Shown here piece after piece: positions 39,276 through 49,175 of a stretch of 64,000 nt of DNA; the first letter of the stretch is position 1; the number at the start of each line of letters is the position of its first letter. Source of the DNA: a bacterium (lineage in GTDB: Bacteria > DRYD01). The notes beneath the pieces are model-generated. The model was not told the DNA's origin. It saw nothing but the letters and a program-made list of their open reading frames with translations, and made no database searches. The stretch lies in NCBI GenBank assembly GCA_039630415.1, contig JBCNVB010000011.1, positions 29,119 to 93,118 of the forward strand, given 5' to 3'. Made by a program: the position numbers and the translations under genes.

Positions 39276-40826
39276 TCAGCCTCCTGTTAGTTCTAATAGT
39301 TTTTCTTCTAGGGGGTTGAAGTAATTTGGAGATTTTTCAAAAACTCCTTCTAGCCCCTTACCTTTATCTTTGGGTCTTTTAGTGTCTGCAAATAAACCTT
39401 CTTCTATTGCGTTAAATAGTCCCCTTTTTTCTACCTCTTGAAGTAATTCAAAAGCTTTTTGTTGTAAATACCTAGCTCTTTGCTCTATTAATCCATTAGG
39501 TGATATTTGTATTTCTTTGTATAGATCTTTTGCAGCATTAAAGACGTATTTTACTGCTTTGAGGCTAAGATATCGATCTTGTAATAGTGGTGTATGGATA
39601 GCTTCAGTTAGTACTCCTATTAGGTGTATATGTTGGTTTGTTAGTATGGAGACCATGTTAAACATGTTGTCTATTACGTGGGTATGGAAGATATTGCCTG
39701 TGACCCATCGGGTTGGGGGCATATATTTTATAGGACAGTTGGGAAATAGTTGTCTTATTAGTAAAGCTTGGGCGAATTCGTATAGGAATGAGTTTTGTAT
39801 TTCTGGTCTTATTTCATATGCATGTCCAAGTCCTATAAGTCTATCTGGCATATTGCATTTTTTAGCAAATTCATAGTTAATGTAATGAGAAGTTATGATG
39901 GTGTATCCTTTTTCGAAAGCGTCTGCGGTTGTTAGGTAATTATCTTCTCCAGTGTTTATTATTATGTCAGCATAGGTGATTATTAATCTTGAGAAGTATT
40001 GATCTATGAAGGTTCTTTGTGGATTGATGTCTCTAAATAATATTCCGTACATGCTATCATTTAGGAGCATATCTAATCTTTCCAGTGCTGCTAGTGCAGC
40101 TATTTCTGGCATACATAATCCTGATGAGTAATTAACTAGCATTAGGTATCTTTTTTGGTTTGGTATTTCTTGATCGAGGGCTTCTCTCATTAGTCTGAAG
40201 TTTGCTTGTGTTGCAAAGGTACCTCCGTATCCTTCGGTTGTGAGTCCTTCTGGTACATAGTCTATTAAACTTTGTGCAGAAGATCTTATTACGGCTATAC
40301 AGTCTGCTCCTTGTCTTACTGCGGATATAGCTTGTATTTTATCTTCAAATATGTTTCCAGTAGCTACTATTACGTATATCCAGGGTTTTGATGGTAGGTT
40401 ATATTTTTCTATCAATTCTTGTCTTTTATGAGTTTGTTGGTTTATTGTATTTAAGCCTTTTTCGGCGAGTTCATATGCTTGTTTTTTATAGTTACTTAGT
40501 TTTGGTTTTATTTCTTTTATATCGTTGGGTGTAATTTTTTCTATGAGTTGAATGGTTTTGGTTAAGTCGTTGTTTGATTGATCATAAAGGTATGCTATTA
40601 GATTTGATATTCCATTGTTGAGAAGACCAGCTTGTTGTGCTTTATCTACTAGGATATTGCAATAGGGTATTCCTTCTTCGTTAGCACCATTAATACCCAT
40701 TATTCGCAGTGTTGTTCTTTCTATGGATTTAGTTGAATGTTTTTTTATAAAATCAAATACATTGTTGACTATTTTTTGTGCTACTTGATGACTTTTGTAA
40801 GCTATTTCTTTATCATATACTTCCAT
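39276..40826 (-). CDS. kamD: Lysine 5,6-aminomutase alpha subunit
   Basis: YVIVATGNIFED, GADCIAVIRS.AQSL.DYVP.G.T.EG.GGT.ATQ.NFR, NYSSGLCMPEIA, KYMPPT. Confidence 0.93.
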   Translation of the reverse strand: MEVYDKEIAYKSHQVAQKIVNNVFDFIKKHSTKSIERTTLRIMGINGANEEGIPYCNILVDKAQQAGLLNNGISNLIAYLYDQSNNDLTKTIQLIEKITPNDIKEIKPKLSNYKKQAYELAEKGLNTINQQTHKRQELIEKYNLPSKPWIYVIVATGNIFEDKIQAISAVRQGADCIAVIRSSAQSLIDYVPEGLTTEGYGGTFATQANFRLMREALDQEIPNQKRYLMLVNYSSGLCMPEIAALAALERLDMLLNDSMYGILFRDINPQRTFIDQYFSRLIITYADIIINTGEDNYLTTADAFEKGYTIITSHYINYEFAKKCNMPDRLIGLGHAYEIRPEIQNSFLYEFAQALLIRQLFPNCPIKYMPPTRWVTGNIFHTHVIDNMFNMVSILTNQHIHLIGVLTEAIHTPLLQDRYLSLKAVKYVFNAAKDLYKEIQISPNGLIEQRARYLQQKAFELLQEVEKRGLFNAIEEGLFADTKRPKDKGKGLEGVFEKSPNYFNPLEEKLLELTGG

Positions 40827-40964
40827 GGCTTACAAGAATAAATTTTACACTTATGAAATCTTTCCTTTAATTTTTAGTACTTGTAACAAAAATGTTAATT
40901 TCACAGTGGAAGGAATAGGTATATTTATTTGGATTATATAAATATAAAGAGACCAGTAGGAATT

Positions 40965-42536
40965 ATGATTAAAAAAGGATTTAGTTTATACTTATGGTTA
41001 TCGATATTTACGCTTTTTGTAGCTACTTTTTCAATTGCTTTGTTTAACTACGTTTCTGGTGATATTAGAGTAAGTAAAGATTTGATAAAAGAAACAAAAC
41101 AGTATAATATAATAAAGAGTGTTGCAGCTATAGCTACTGAGTTATATAGAACTCAGGGTCAAACACAAGGCACATTTGTTTTCGAAGGACGATCTTTCAG
41201 GTTCAGTGTTTCTAGTAAGTCAGCATCTACTATTGTGGTATCTATTTCTCAAAATAATAGGGATCTAGCAAAGGTAATAGTTAGGTATAGAAAAGCAAAT
41301 TCTGATATTAACTTGTATGTAGCAAGAAGCAACAACCGAGATAGATATACAATAAGATTCCATGAACCTGTTGGACAAATTATTTATCCTACTTTTGCCA
41401 CTACTGCTAATCATCTTGAGCTTGATATTCCTGGTGGGTCAAAAATACTTAGATCAGCTATGATATCTGAAAGAACATCAGTAAATGGTAAAGCAGCTAG
41501 GGAAGTTACAGACAGTAATGGTAAGAGTTATATAGAATATGAGAATTTGCAAGAACTTCAAAAATACTCTCATAGGGTGAGTCTAATACCTGAAAATACT
41601 ACTAATATATTGCTAAGTAGTTGTAACTTACTTGCTTCTTTACTAGCTCAAAGAAGTAGACAAAGCAAAACATTTTTTGAGGAAAATGTTGATCTAACCA
41701 GGTATGGCTCGATATACATATCATACCCTCATCTTAATGCTAGAATAAAAATGAGATTTGATACAGAAAACAGTAACCAAATAATTCGTATAAATGTGGA
41801 ATATACCAGAAGGGGTAATGTAGAAGAAGATAAATATGAATACTATCTAATAAGGGAACCACAAACTATAAATGTAACTACTGATAGAAACTCCTTTAGA
41901 ACTAACCAAGACGATTTATATCAACAAATATCTAATGGACGTCTAGAACTTCAACCATCATCTCCATATGTTTACAAAGTATTGCTTAAATACCGTGATA
42001 ATTCAAGTAATCAAGTAGAAAGGAGCATAGTTTACAGGACATCAGATATTAGAACATATATTTACTCAGAAGAAAGTATACAAATTCAAGATAATGATAA
42101 GATGAGTATAATAAATAACAGTATTTTGCTAGTGACAAAAGCTGATTTGAATATTCATGACAATATTGTTTATCAAGAGTTTGTACCCATTGAGAATCAT
42201 TTGACGGAATTTGCAAATGAACAGGTAAATTTTCCATCTGATTCAGATAGTTATCTTTGTGCTGTTGCAAACAATATTAATATCTACACCCTTATGAATC
42301 ATGTTTTATGTGGGGAGTATATTGCTTTTTACGATTCAAATAGTGGGATTGATTTAATTAATCTTGCTGGTCAGACGATGGTTTATTACTTTGGTTCAAA
42401 CTTAGCGTATAATAGATATGAGCCTTATACTCTAGGGGCTAAAGATAAAATATTAGTAGATTCTAGACAAGGCAGTAATCTTATAAAGATGTACTTCAAT
42501 ACATTTGATATATTAGGAATACAAACATTTAGGTGA
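40965..42536 (+). CDS. PilX/GspK-like large minor pilin or pilus-associated protein
   Basis: KKGFSL followed by a hydrophobic helix without Glu+5; directly upstream of a pilC-like gene. Confidence 0.55.
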   Translation: MIKKGFSLYLWLSIFTLFVATFSIALFNYVSGDIRVSKDLIKETKQYNIIKSVAAIATELYRTQGQTQGTFVFEGRSFRFSVSSKSASTIVVSISQNNRDLAKVIVRYRKANSDINLYVARSNNRDRYTIRFHEPVGQIIYPTFATTANHLELDIPGGSKILRSAMISERTSVNGKAAREVTDSNGKSYIEYENLQELQKYSHRVSLIPENTTNILLSSCNLLASLLAQRSRQSKTFFEENVDLTRYGSIYISYPHLNARIKMRFDTENSNQIIRINVEYTRRGNVEEDKYEYYLIREPQTINVTTDRNSFRTNQDDLYQQISNGRLELQPSSPYVYKVLLKYRDNSSNQVERSIVYRTSDIRTYIYSEESIQIQDNDKMSIINNSILLVTKADLNIHDNIVYQEFVPIENHLTEFANEQVNFPSDSDSYLCAVANNINIYTLMNHVLCGEYIAFYDSNSGIDLINLAGQTMVYYFGSNLAYNRYEPYTLGAKDKILVDSRQGSNLIKMYFNTFDILGIQTFR

Positions 42537-42548
42537 ATTTGCTCTAAT

Positions 42549-43559
42549 ATGAACCTTAATGATAAGATCACATTTGTTTTGATGTTCAGGTATTTGCTAG
42601 AAAGTGGTATTCCTATAGCACATTCTATGGCGGTACTGGAAAATACTTTAACTAACTATTCTAAGTCAATATCGAATGCAAGAAAAATGATAGAGAATGG
42701 TCATCCCTTGTTTTACGCTATACATAAAAACAAAATCCTGGATCAATTTGAGGCATCGATCATAAGAATAGGAGAGAGCTCTGAAAAATTAACTTATGCA
42801 TTGAAAAAATTAGAAGAGATGCTAATTAAAAAGCAAAAAGTGGGGCAGAATATAACCAAAGCCTTAGTATTCCCTGCTATTTTCTTGTTTGTTCTTTTCT
42901 TTGTTATGGTAATATTTAAAAACTTTATAGTACCTGGATTTAGTAGTATGTTTATTGAACTTGGTACTCAGGAACCATTTCTTTTTAAATTATTAGGTTA
43001 CATAACAAGTATATTTGATTTCAGGGTGTTATTTGTTATCGGCATAGTTTTTCTTGTAGCTTTTGCTGTCCTATACTATAGCTATAAATTGAAGTTTAAG
43101 GAATTTTATAGGTATATTTTTTTGATTCCGATTTTTGGGAAAGTGTTTTATGATTCGTATGTTTCGTTAGTTTTAAGTTTATGGGCTACAGCTTTGGAAA
43201 CAGGATTAACTCACTCATCAACATTTAAGATACTTTCTGAAGAAACTGTAGAGCCTTTTTCCTCTTTTTTTAAAATGATGTATGAGTATGCCAAAAAGGG
43301 AGAAATATATGAAATTGTGAACGTGAATAATGCCTTTAGTTCTACATATATCAAAAATATGAATAGTGCTATGGAGAGTGGAAGTTTTAGCTTTACGCTC
43401 AGAAAGCTAGCAGAAATGTCAGAAGTAGAAGCAAATATAGCTTTGGATAGCTTAAACAAAATCCTAGAGCCGGCAATGGCAACAATTGCAGGTATAATCA
43501 CCGGAATTCTCTGCTTATCTATTTTCTTACCTATAATACACATAATAAGAAACATATGA
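42549..43559 (+). CDS. Type II secretion/type IV pilus platform protein (GspF/PilC family)
   Basis: LLESGIPI, IRIGESS..L, LEP.......G....SIFLPI. Confidence 0.85.
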   Translation: MNLNDKITFVLMFRYLLESGIPIAHSMAVLENTLTNYSKSISNARKMIENGHPLFYAIHKNKILDQFEASIIRIGESSEKLTYALKKLEEMLIKKQKVGQNITKALVFPAIFLFVLFFVMVIFKNFIVPGFSSMFIELGTQEPFLFKLLGYITSIFDFRVLFVIGIVFLVAFAVLYYSYKLKFKEFYRYIFLIPIFGKVFYDSYVSLVLSLWATALETGLTHSSTFKILSEETVEPFSSFFKMMYEYAKKGEIYEIVNVNNAFSSTYIKNMNSAMESGSFSFTLRKLAEMSEVEANIALDSLNKILEPAMATIAGIITGILCLSIFLPIIHIIRNI

Positions 43560-44095
43560 ATAAAGGGTTTACATTATCTGAACTATTAGTTACTTCTGCT
43601 CTTGCAGTTGTCTTAATTATCATAATAGTTTTATCCGCTGCTGCTCTTAATAAAGCTAGTCTTAAGCTTTACAGAAAGTATGAGGTAGCTATGTCAGCTA
43701 AAATTATGCTAAAATCTATAGCAAAAGAAATTATGAAAAATTATCCATATGCACAAACAAATATAATTTCTGTTCAACCCAATTACATAGAATTTTATGC
43801 GGCCGATATTAATCAAAACAATGATATATCTGTATATATCGTATCTTTACAAATAACATCGCAACAGATCAATAATCGTTATAGATATGCTGTAAGAAAG
43901 GTAAAGAAACAATTATCTGGGAACATAGTTGAAGATAGAACATATGACTACTATTTACCAACGCCGTCTTCAAATCTAAGGATAGAAAACATGAATAACA
44001 TATGTATTAGGATATATCTTGAGAATCGAATCATTATAAACAATCGCGGTTATAATCTGAATTACAAATATGACGTGCCAATAAATGGAATATGA
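43556..44095 (+). CDS. Prepilin-type N-terminal cleavage/methylation protein (minor pilin)
   Basis: MNKG|FTLSELLV class III signal peptide. Confidence 0.85.
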   Translation: MNKGFTLSELLVTSALAVVLIIIIVLSAAALNKASLKLYRKYEVAMSAKIMLKSIAKEIMKNYPYAQTNIISVQPNYIEFYAADINQNNDISVYIVSLQITSQQINNRYRYAVRKVKKQLSGNIVEDRTYDYYLPTPSSNLRIENMNNICIRIYLENRIIINNRGYNLNYKYDVPINGI

Positions 44096-45264
44096 AGATT
44101 GCTATAACGAAGCAGTTATACGAAAAAGTAAGAGCCGGGTATTTGTGGGTTTTTTATGATGAAATAAAAGCTGAGAATTTAGGTGACGGACAAATTGTTG
44201 ATTTGTATTACAAAGATATGTTTGTTGCTAAAGCTTACTACAACTCAAAGTCGAAAATATCCTACAGGATATTATCTTTTGAAAATCAAAAAATAGATCT
44301 GAATTTCTGGATAAAAAAGCTGGAGTTGTTGTACAAACAGAAATCTTTGTTTTATCAGAACAATTTTAGATGGGTTTACTCAGAGGGAGACTTTTTGCCG
44401 GGGTTAATAGTTGATCTGTATACTTCTAACCAAGTAAAGATAGCTGTATGTATGTTTCTTACTTTGGGAATAGAAGATCAAAAGCAAAATATAGTGGAAG
44501 CTTTAAAAAAGTTAGGTGTTGGATGTATAATAAATAGGAGTGATAGTAATCTTAGAACTCTAGAGGGGTTGGATCTGGTAAGAAAAATAGAATATGGCAA
44601 AATAGAATTACCCTTTAGTATTACTATAGATGGAATAACTTTTCTTATAGATCCACTTAAAGGTCAAAAAACAGGATATTACTTTGATCAGACAGAAAAT
44701 AGGAAGTTTCTAAAGTATATTTGTAAAGGTGGAGTAGTTCTTGATGTTTTTAGCTATATAGGCTCTTTTTCATTATACTGCTTAAAATACGGAGCCAGAT
44801 TTACTGAGATGATAGATGAATCAAGTTATGTTCAAAATGTTGTTCCTCAGATAATGAAACTTAATAATTTTCAGGATAAGTACATTTTACATATTGACAA
44901 TGCCTTCAAAAAACTAAGAGAAATGAACGATTTGGGTAAGAGTTTTTCAGTGGTAATAGTGGATCCACCATCTTTTACTAAAACTAAGGACAAAATTCAA
45001 AACGCTCTTAAAGCTTACTTTGACGTTTATTATAATGCTCTAAAATTGGTTTCAAATGAAGGATACTTTGTTGTTTCTTCTTGCTCACAGAAAGTAACAC
45101 AAGAACAAATTCTACAAGTTATAAGGAATTGTTTTTTTAGGGCTAATGTTAGAGGAAAGATGATCTACTGTGGAAAACAAGCTCCAGATCACCCTATAAA
45201 TCCATCTATGCCAGAAACAGAATATTTGAAATTTTTTGTTTTCCAAATTTATAAAGATGAATAG
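44092..45264 (+). CDS. RlmI-like class I SAM rRNA methyltransferase (PUA + MTase)
   Basis: SEGDFLPGLIVD, GQKTGYYFDQ.ENR, VLDVFSY.G.F, DPPSF, PETEYLK. Confidence 0.9.
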   Translation: MKIAITKQLYEKVRAGYLWVFYDEIKAENLGDGQIVDLYYKDMFVAKAYYNSKSKISYRILSFENQKIDLNFWIKKLELLYKQKSLFYQNNFRWVYSEGDFLPGLIVDLYTSNQVKIAVCMFLTLGIEDQKQNIVEALKKLGVGCIINRSDSNLRTLEGLDLVRKIEYGKIELPFSITIDGITFLIDPLKGQKTGYYFDQTENRKFLKYICKGGVVLDVFSYIGSFSLYCLKYGARFTEMIDESSYVQNVVPQIMKLNNFQDKYILHIDNAFKKLREMNDLGKSFSVVIVDPPSFTKTKDKIQNALKAYFDVYYNALKLVSNEGYFVVSSCSQKVTQEQILQVIRNCFFRANVRGKMIYCGKQAPDHPINPSMPETEYLKFFVFQIYKDE

Positions 45265-46180
45265 CTTAAGAGGTATTGTTATTTTATCTGAGAAAGATGA
45301 TTTTAATGCTATGCATTTGTATAAATCTATCAAGAAAAAAGATATTCATTGTATTTTTATAGATAGTAGAAGGTTAAGTTTTGATTATGATATTTACCTA
45401 AATCTATCAGGTGAAAATATAAGGTTTTTAAATACTAATGCTTTGAAATATAGTTATTTTATTAGGGCTGTTAATCTGGTCCCACTTAATCCTTACCATT
45501 TTTCTGATAGAAAACTTTATACTCAATATAGGAATTACTATTCTCTATTTTTCTCTTTTGTAGAAATTGTAAATAGTTTGGGTGTAAAGGTAGTTAATCC
45601 ACCTTCTACTTTTTGGTGTCACTATTTTAAGCCTTTTACCTACAAAATTGCTAAGGATACTGGCTTTGACATACCGTTAACAATAGTAACCCCTTCTTTT
45701 AGACAGGTTTACAAAATTTATAAGGAATATGCAAGCAAAAAACAAATGGTATATAAACCTGTTGCAGGTGGAAAAAATGTAAAAATTCTTAGAAACATAG
45801 AAGAATTCCCTAAGGATGACGAGGTATACATTTTTCAAGAGGTCATACATGGTAAGAATGTTAGGGTTTTTACCTTAGGAGATAATTTTACTGCTGGGTT
45901 TTATTTGATGTATGATACTGAAAAATCGATAGACTACAGGGACTTGGATCCTGATGAAGTAAAAGTTTGCACTTGTGAAATACCTAATCAGCTGAGTGAT
46001 AAGTGTATCAAACTTGCACGTACAATTGGACTTAGGTTTTCAGGCATAGACTTGATATTTGATGGGGATAAATATTACTTTTTAGATATAAATCCTGCAC
46101 CTATGTTTTATGGATTTGAATATCAATCGGGGTATCCTTTAACTGATAAAATTATAGACTATTTGCTATGTGTGGAATAG
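45257..46180 (+). CDS. RimK-like ATP-grasp ligase
   Basis: VVNPP, IPLTIVT, VYKPVAGG, FQEVIHG..VRV, FSGIDL, FLDINPAP. Confidence 0.8.
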   Translation: MNSLRGIVILSEKDDFNAMHLYKSIKKKDIHCIFIDSRRLSFDYDIYLNLSGENIRFLNTNALKYSYFIRAVNLVPLNPYHFSDRKLYTQYRNYYSLFFSFVEIVNSLGVKVVNPPSTFWCHYFKPFTYKIAKDTGFDIPLTIVTPSFRQVYKIYKEYASKKQMVYKPVAGGKNVKILRNIEEFPKDDEVYIFQEVIHGKNVRVFTLGDNFTAGFYLMYDTEKSIDYRDLDPDEVKVCTCEIPNQLSDKCIKLARTIGLRFSGIDLIFDGDKYYFLDINPAPMFYGFEYQSGYPLTDKIIDYLLCVE

Positions 46181-48048
46181 CTGGGATAGCTTACAGGAAA
46201 AACTTATCAGATAAGGAAATTGGTGTTATAACCAATTCTATTGCACATAGGGGACCTGATGATGAAGGATTTTTTTGCTCTAGTAATCTGTTTTTAGGTC
46301 ATAAAAGATTGTCAATAATTGATTTGTCTTCCGCAGGTAAACAACCAATGGTTTATCAAACCCAGAAGGGTAAGTATACCATTGTTTTTAATGGTGAAAT
46401 TTACAACTATATTGAAATAAGAAATCAACTATTAGGAGAGGGGTATGTTTTTAATTCTAATACTGATACGGAAGTTATATTAGCTTCGTATGACAAATGG
46501 GGTATAGAATGTTTGAGTAAATTTAACGGTATGTGGGCTTTTGTTATATACGATCATCAAAAACATAAAATTTGGGGCTCTAGGGATAGATTTGGTGTAA
46601 AACCTTTGTATTACTTCGTTAATGATCATTTATTTGCTTTTGCTTCTGAAATAAAGGCCATTATTAAACTTTTTTGTTATCAGAAAGATATTAATACCAA
46701 AGCTATATTTGATTATCTTTTGTTTGGTTATGAAGAAATCGAAGAGGAAGGATTCTGGAAGAATATAAAAGAGCTTTTACCTGGATTTTGTTTTGAATTA
46801 GACTTGAATAATTTCAATTTAAAAGTTTGGAGATATTTTCAGCTAAATTTTATTCAGGAAACGGGAGTATTTAGAAAAGATAAATTGATTGAATATACTC
46901 AGCATCTTAGGCAATTAGTTTTTGAAGCTATAAAACTAAGGTTAAGATCTGATGTACCTATTGGTAGTTGTCTAAGTGGGGGAATTGATAGTTCAACTAT
47001 TGTATGTGTTATATCTGATATTCTAAAAGATGAAGATATTCCGCAAATAGGTAGTATACAGAAAACTTTTACAGCTTGCTATACGGATAAATTGATTGAC
47101 GAAAGTAGGTTTGCCAAAATTGTTGTAGATTTTACTGGTGCTCAATGGTTCACTGTTTATCCAACATCTAAAGAACTACTAGAGGATATAGAAGATCTAG
47201 TGTATTATCAGGAGATTCCTTTCGGTTCCACTAGCGTATATGCACAGTATAGAGTTATGAAATTAGCAAAACAAAATAGTGTAAAAGTTATGTTGGATGG
47301 GCAGGGGGGAGATGAAATTTTTACTGGGTATGCTTCTTACTTACCTGTATTTTACAGAGAACTATTATACTCTTGGAAATTTTTTTCTTTAGTACTAGAG
47401 CTTGTTAGTATTGGAAATTTAAAAAAAATACTAAACTATTCTTTTTCTACTTTTTTGCAGGTATTAATTGATGTTTATCCTAATTTGTTTTATAGCTTGA
47501 TAAGATTTAAGCGGAGAGTCAAGTATATTAATAGGGACTTTTATGCTAAGAATCTTGATAGGATAAAGCTATATACTGATTATATTTCGTCTAACCTAAA
47601 TAAACAACTATTTTATATGACTTTTGTCAGTTTAAAAAAGTTGTTAAGGTATGAGGATAGAAATTCTATGAGATTTGGGATAGAAGCAAGAACTCCATTT
47701 GCTGATGATATAAACTTAATAAATTTTGTTTTTCAGATACCATCGATATATAAGATTCACAATGGTTACAGCAAATATTTACTTAGGCAGAGTATGCGGG
47801 GGTTAGTCCCAAAACAGATTATTGAAAGAAAAGATAAGGTTGGATTTGCTACTCCTGAAAAATCTTGGTTACTTGAACATAAGCAATTTTTTATCGATCT
47901 TATTAAACAGAATTTGAATTTTCTTAATCAATTTTTGGAAGTTAAGGAAGTTATTCATGATTATGAAAGTGGTAAAATATTTAGTGAAGCGTCTTTTATT
48001 TGGAGAGTTATAAATTTAGCCTTGTGGGCAAAAGTATTTAGACTATAA
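46168..48048 (+). CDS. asnB: Asparagine synthase (glutamine-hydrolysing) family amidotransferase, second copy
   Basis: MCGIAG, HRGPD, FNGEIYN, LSGGIDSS, LDGQGGDE, EDRNSM, KVGFATP. Confidence 0.9.
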   Translation: MCGIAGIAYRKNLSDKEIGVITNSIAHRGPDDEGFFCSSNLFLGHKRLSIIDLSSAGKQPMVYQTQKGKYTIVFNGEIYNYIEIRNQLLGEGYVFNSNTDTEVILASYDKWGIECLSKFNGMWAFVIYDHQKHKIWGSRDRFGVKPLYYFVNDHLFAFASEIKAIIKLFCYQKDINTKAIFDYLLFGYEEIEEEGFWKNIKELLPGFCFELDLNNFNLKVWRYFQLNFIQETGVFRKDKLIEYTQHLRQLVFEAIKLRLRSDVPIGSCLSGGIDSSTIVCVISDILKDEDIPQIGSIQKTFTACYTDKLIDESRFAKIVVDFTGAQWFTVYPTSKELLEDIEDLVYYQEIPFGSTSVYAQYRVMKLAKQNSVKVMLDGQGGDEIFTGYASYLPVFYRELLYSWKFFSLVLELVSIGNLKKILNYSFSTFLQVLIDVYPNLFYSLIRFKRRVKYINRDFYAKNLDRIKLYTDYISSNLNKQLFYMTFVSLKKLLRYEDRNSMRFGIEARTPFADDINLINFVFQIPSIYKIHNGYSKYLLRQSMRGLVPKQIIERKDKVGFATPEKSWLLEHKQFFIDLIKQNLNFLNQFLEVKEVIHDYESGKIFSEASFIWRVINLALWAKVFRL

Positions 48049-48059
48049 ATACATACGCC

Positions 48060-49175
48060 ATGATTAAAGTCTGCCATATCACTACTGTTCATAAACCATT
48101 TGATACTAGGATATTTTATAAAGAGTGTATTAGTTTAGCAAAAAAGGGTTATCAAGTTAGTTTAATAGCACAGCATAAAACAGATGAGGTTATCCATAAT
48201 ATTAGGATACTTCATATACCTTTTGCGGGAAATAGAATTAAAAGAATGTTGAGTTTATCTAGGTATGTTTTACAAAGAGCTATAGAGGTTGATGCACAGG
48301 TTTATCATTTTCATGATCCTGAATTAATCCCGATAGGTTTGAAGCTAAAGAGATTAGGTAAAAAGGTAATTTACGACGTTCATGAGGATTATTTTGCGTC
48401 TATTCTTGAAAAAAAGTATATACCAAAATATTTAAGATGGATTGTTGCTGTTGGTTTTGAATTATATGAGAAAATTGTTTGTAGAAATTTTGACTATGTA
48501 ATAGCAGCTACCCCACATATAAAGAAAAGATTTGAAGGAAAAGCAAAAAGAATTATTGATATTCAAAATATGCCATTACCAGATGAATTTGAAAATGTTC
48601 ATATTGATTGGACCAATAAGGAAAAAGGTATTTGCTATGTTGGTGGGATTTCTAGGTCTAGAGGTTTGGATACTATCCTAAATTTAGCTTCTATGTTGGA
48701 AAGATCGCATGATGAAATGAAAAACGTAAAAGTATATCTAGCGGGAGAGTTTTTAGATGGAAAATTAATTGAAATTACTAAGAATTTTCGTAACATTGTA
48801 TATTTGGGTTTTTTGGATAGAAATGGAATTGCTGAGTTATTTAACAGATGTATAGCTGGTTTGGTTTTTTTTCATCCTGAACCTAATAATGTGAATTCTA
48901 TGCCGACTAAGATGTTTGAATATATGTCTTGGGGTATCCCGGTTATTGCTTCTGATTTTCCTTTATGGAAGGAAATAGTTGAAAATATTGGATGCGGTTT
49001 TTGTGTTAATCCTTTTGATACTGAAAAGATTTATCAGATTGTTAAGTTTTTAGTTAGTAATATAGACAAAGCAAGGGAGATGGGAATTAAGGGTAGACAA
49101 GCTGTAATTCAAAAGTATAATTGGTCAGTTGAAGAAAGAAAATTACTTAAGATTTATGATGATTTACTCAACTAG
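48060..49175 (+). CDS. Glycosyltransferase family 4
   Basis: H...DTRIFYKE, HFHDPEL, YDVHED, PTKMFEYM..GIPVIASDF. Confidence 0.9.
   Translation: MIKVCHITTVHKPFDTRIFYKECISLAKKGYQVSLIAQHKTDEVIHNIRILHIPFAGNRIKRMLSLSRYVLQRAIEVDAQVYHFHDPELIPIGLKLKRLGKKVIYDVHEDYFASILEKKYIPKYLRWIVAVGFELYEKIVCRNFDYVIAATPHIKKRFEGKAKRIIDIQNMPLPDEFENVHIDWTNKEKGICYVGGISRSRGLDTILNLASMLERSHDEMKNVKVYLAGEFLDGKLIEITKNFRNIVYLGFLDRNGIAELFNRCIAGLVFFHPEPNNVNSMPTKMFEYMSWGIPVIASDFPLWKEIVENIGCGFCVNPFDTEKIYQIVKFLVSNIDKAREMGIKGRQAVIQKYNWSVEERKLLKIYDDLLN

Noticed and set aside
45257-48048. ATP-grasp plus asparagine-synthase pair as a RiPP (graspetide/lasso) cluster
   Set aside because: The AsnB keeps its N-terminal Cys glutaminase domain and is followed by a GT4; no precursor peptide, peptidase or RRE is visible. 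Glycan modification is more likely.
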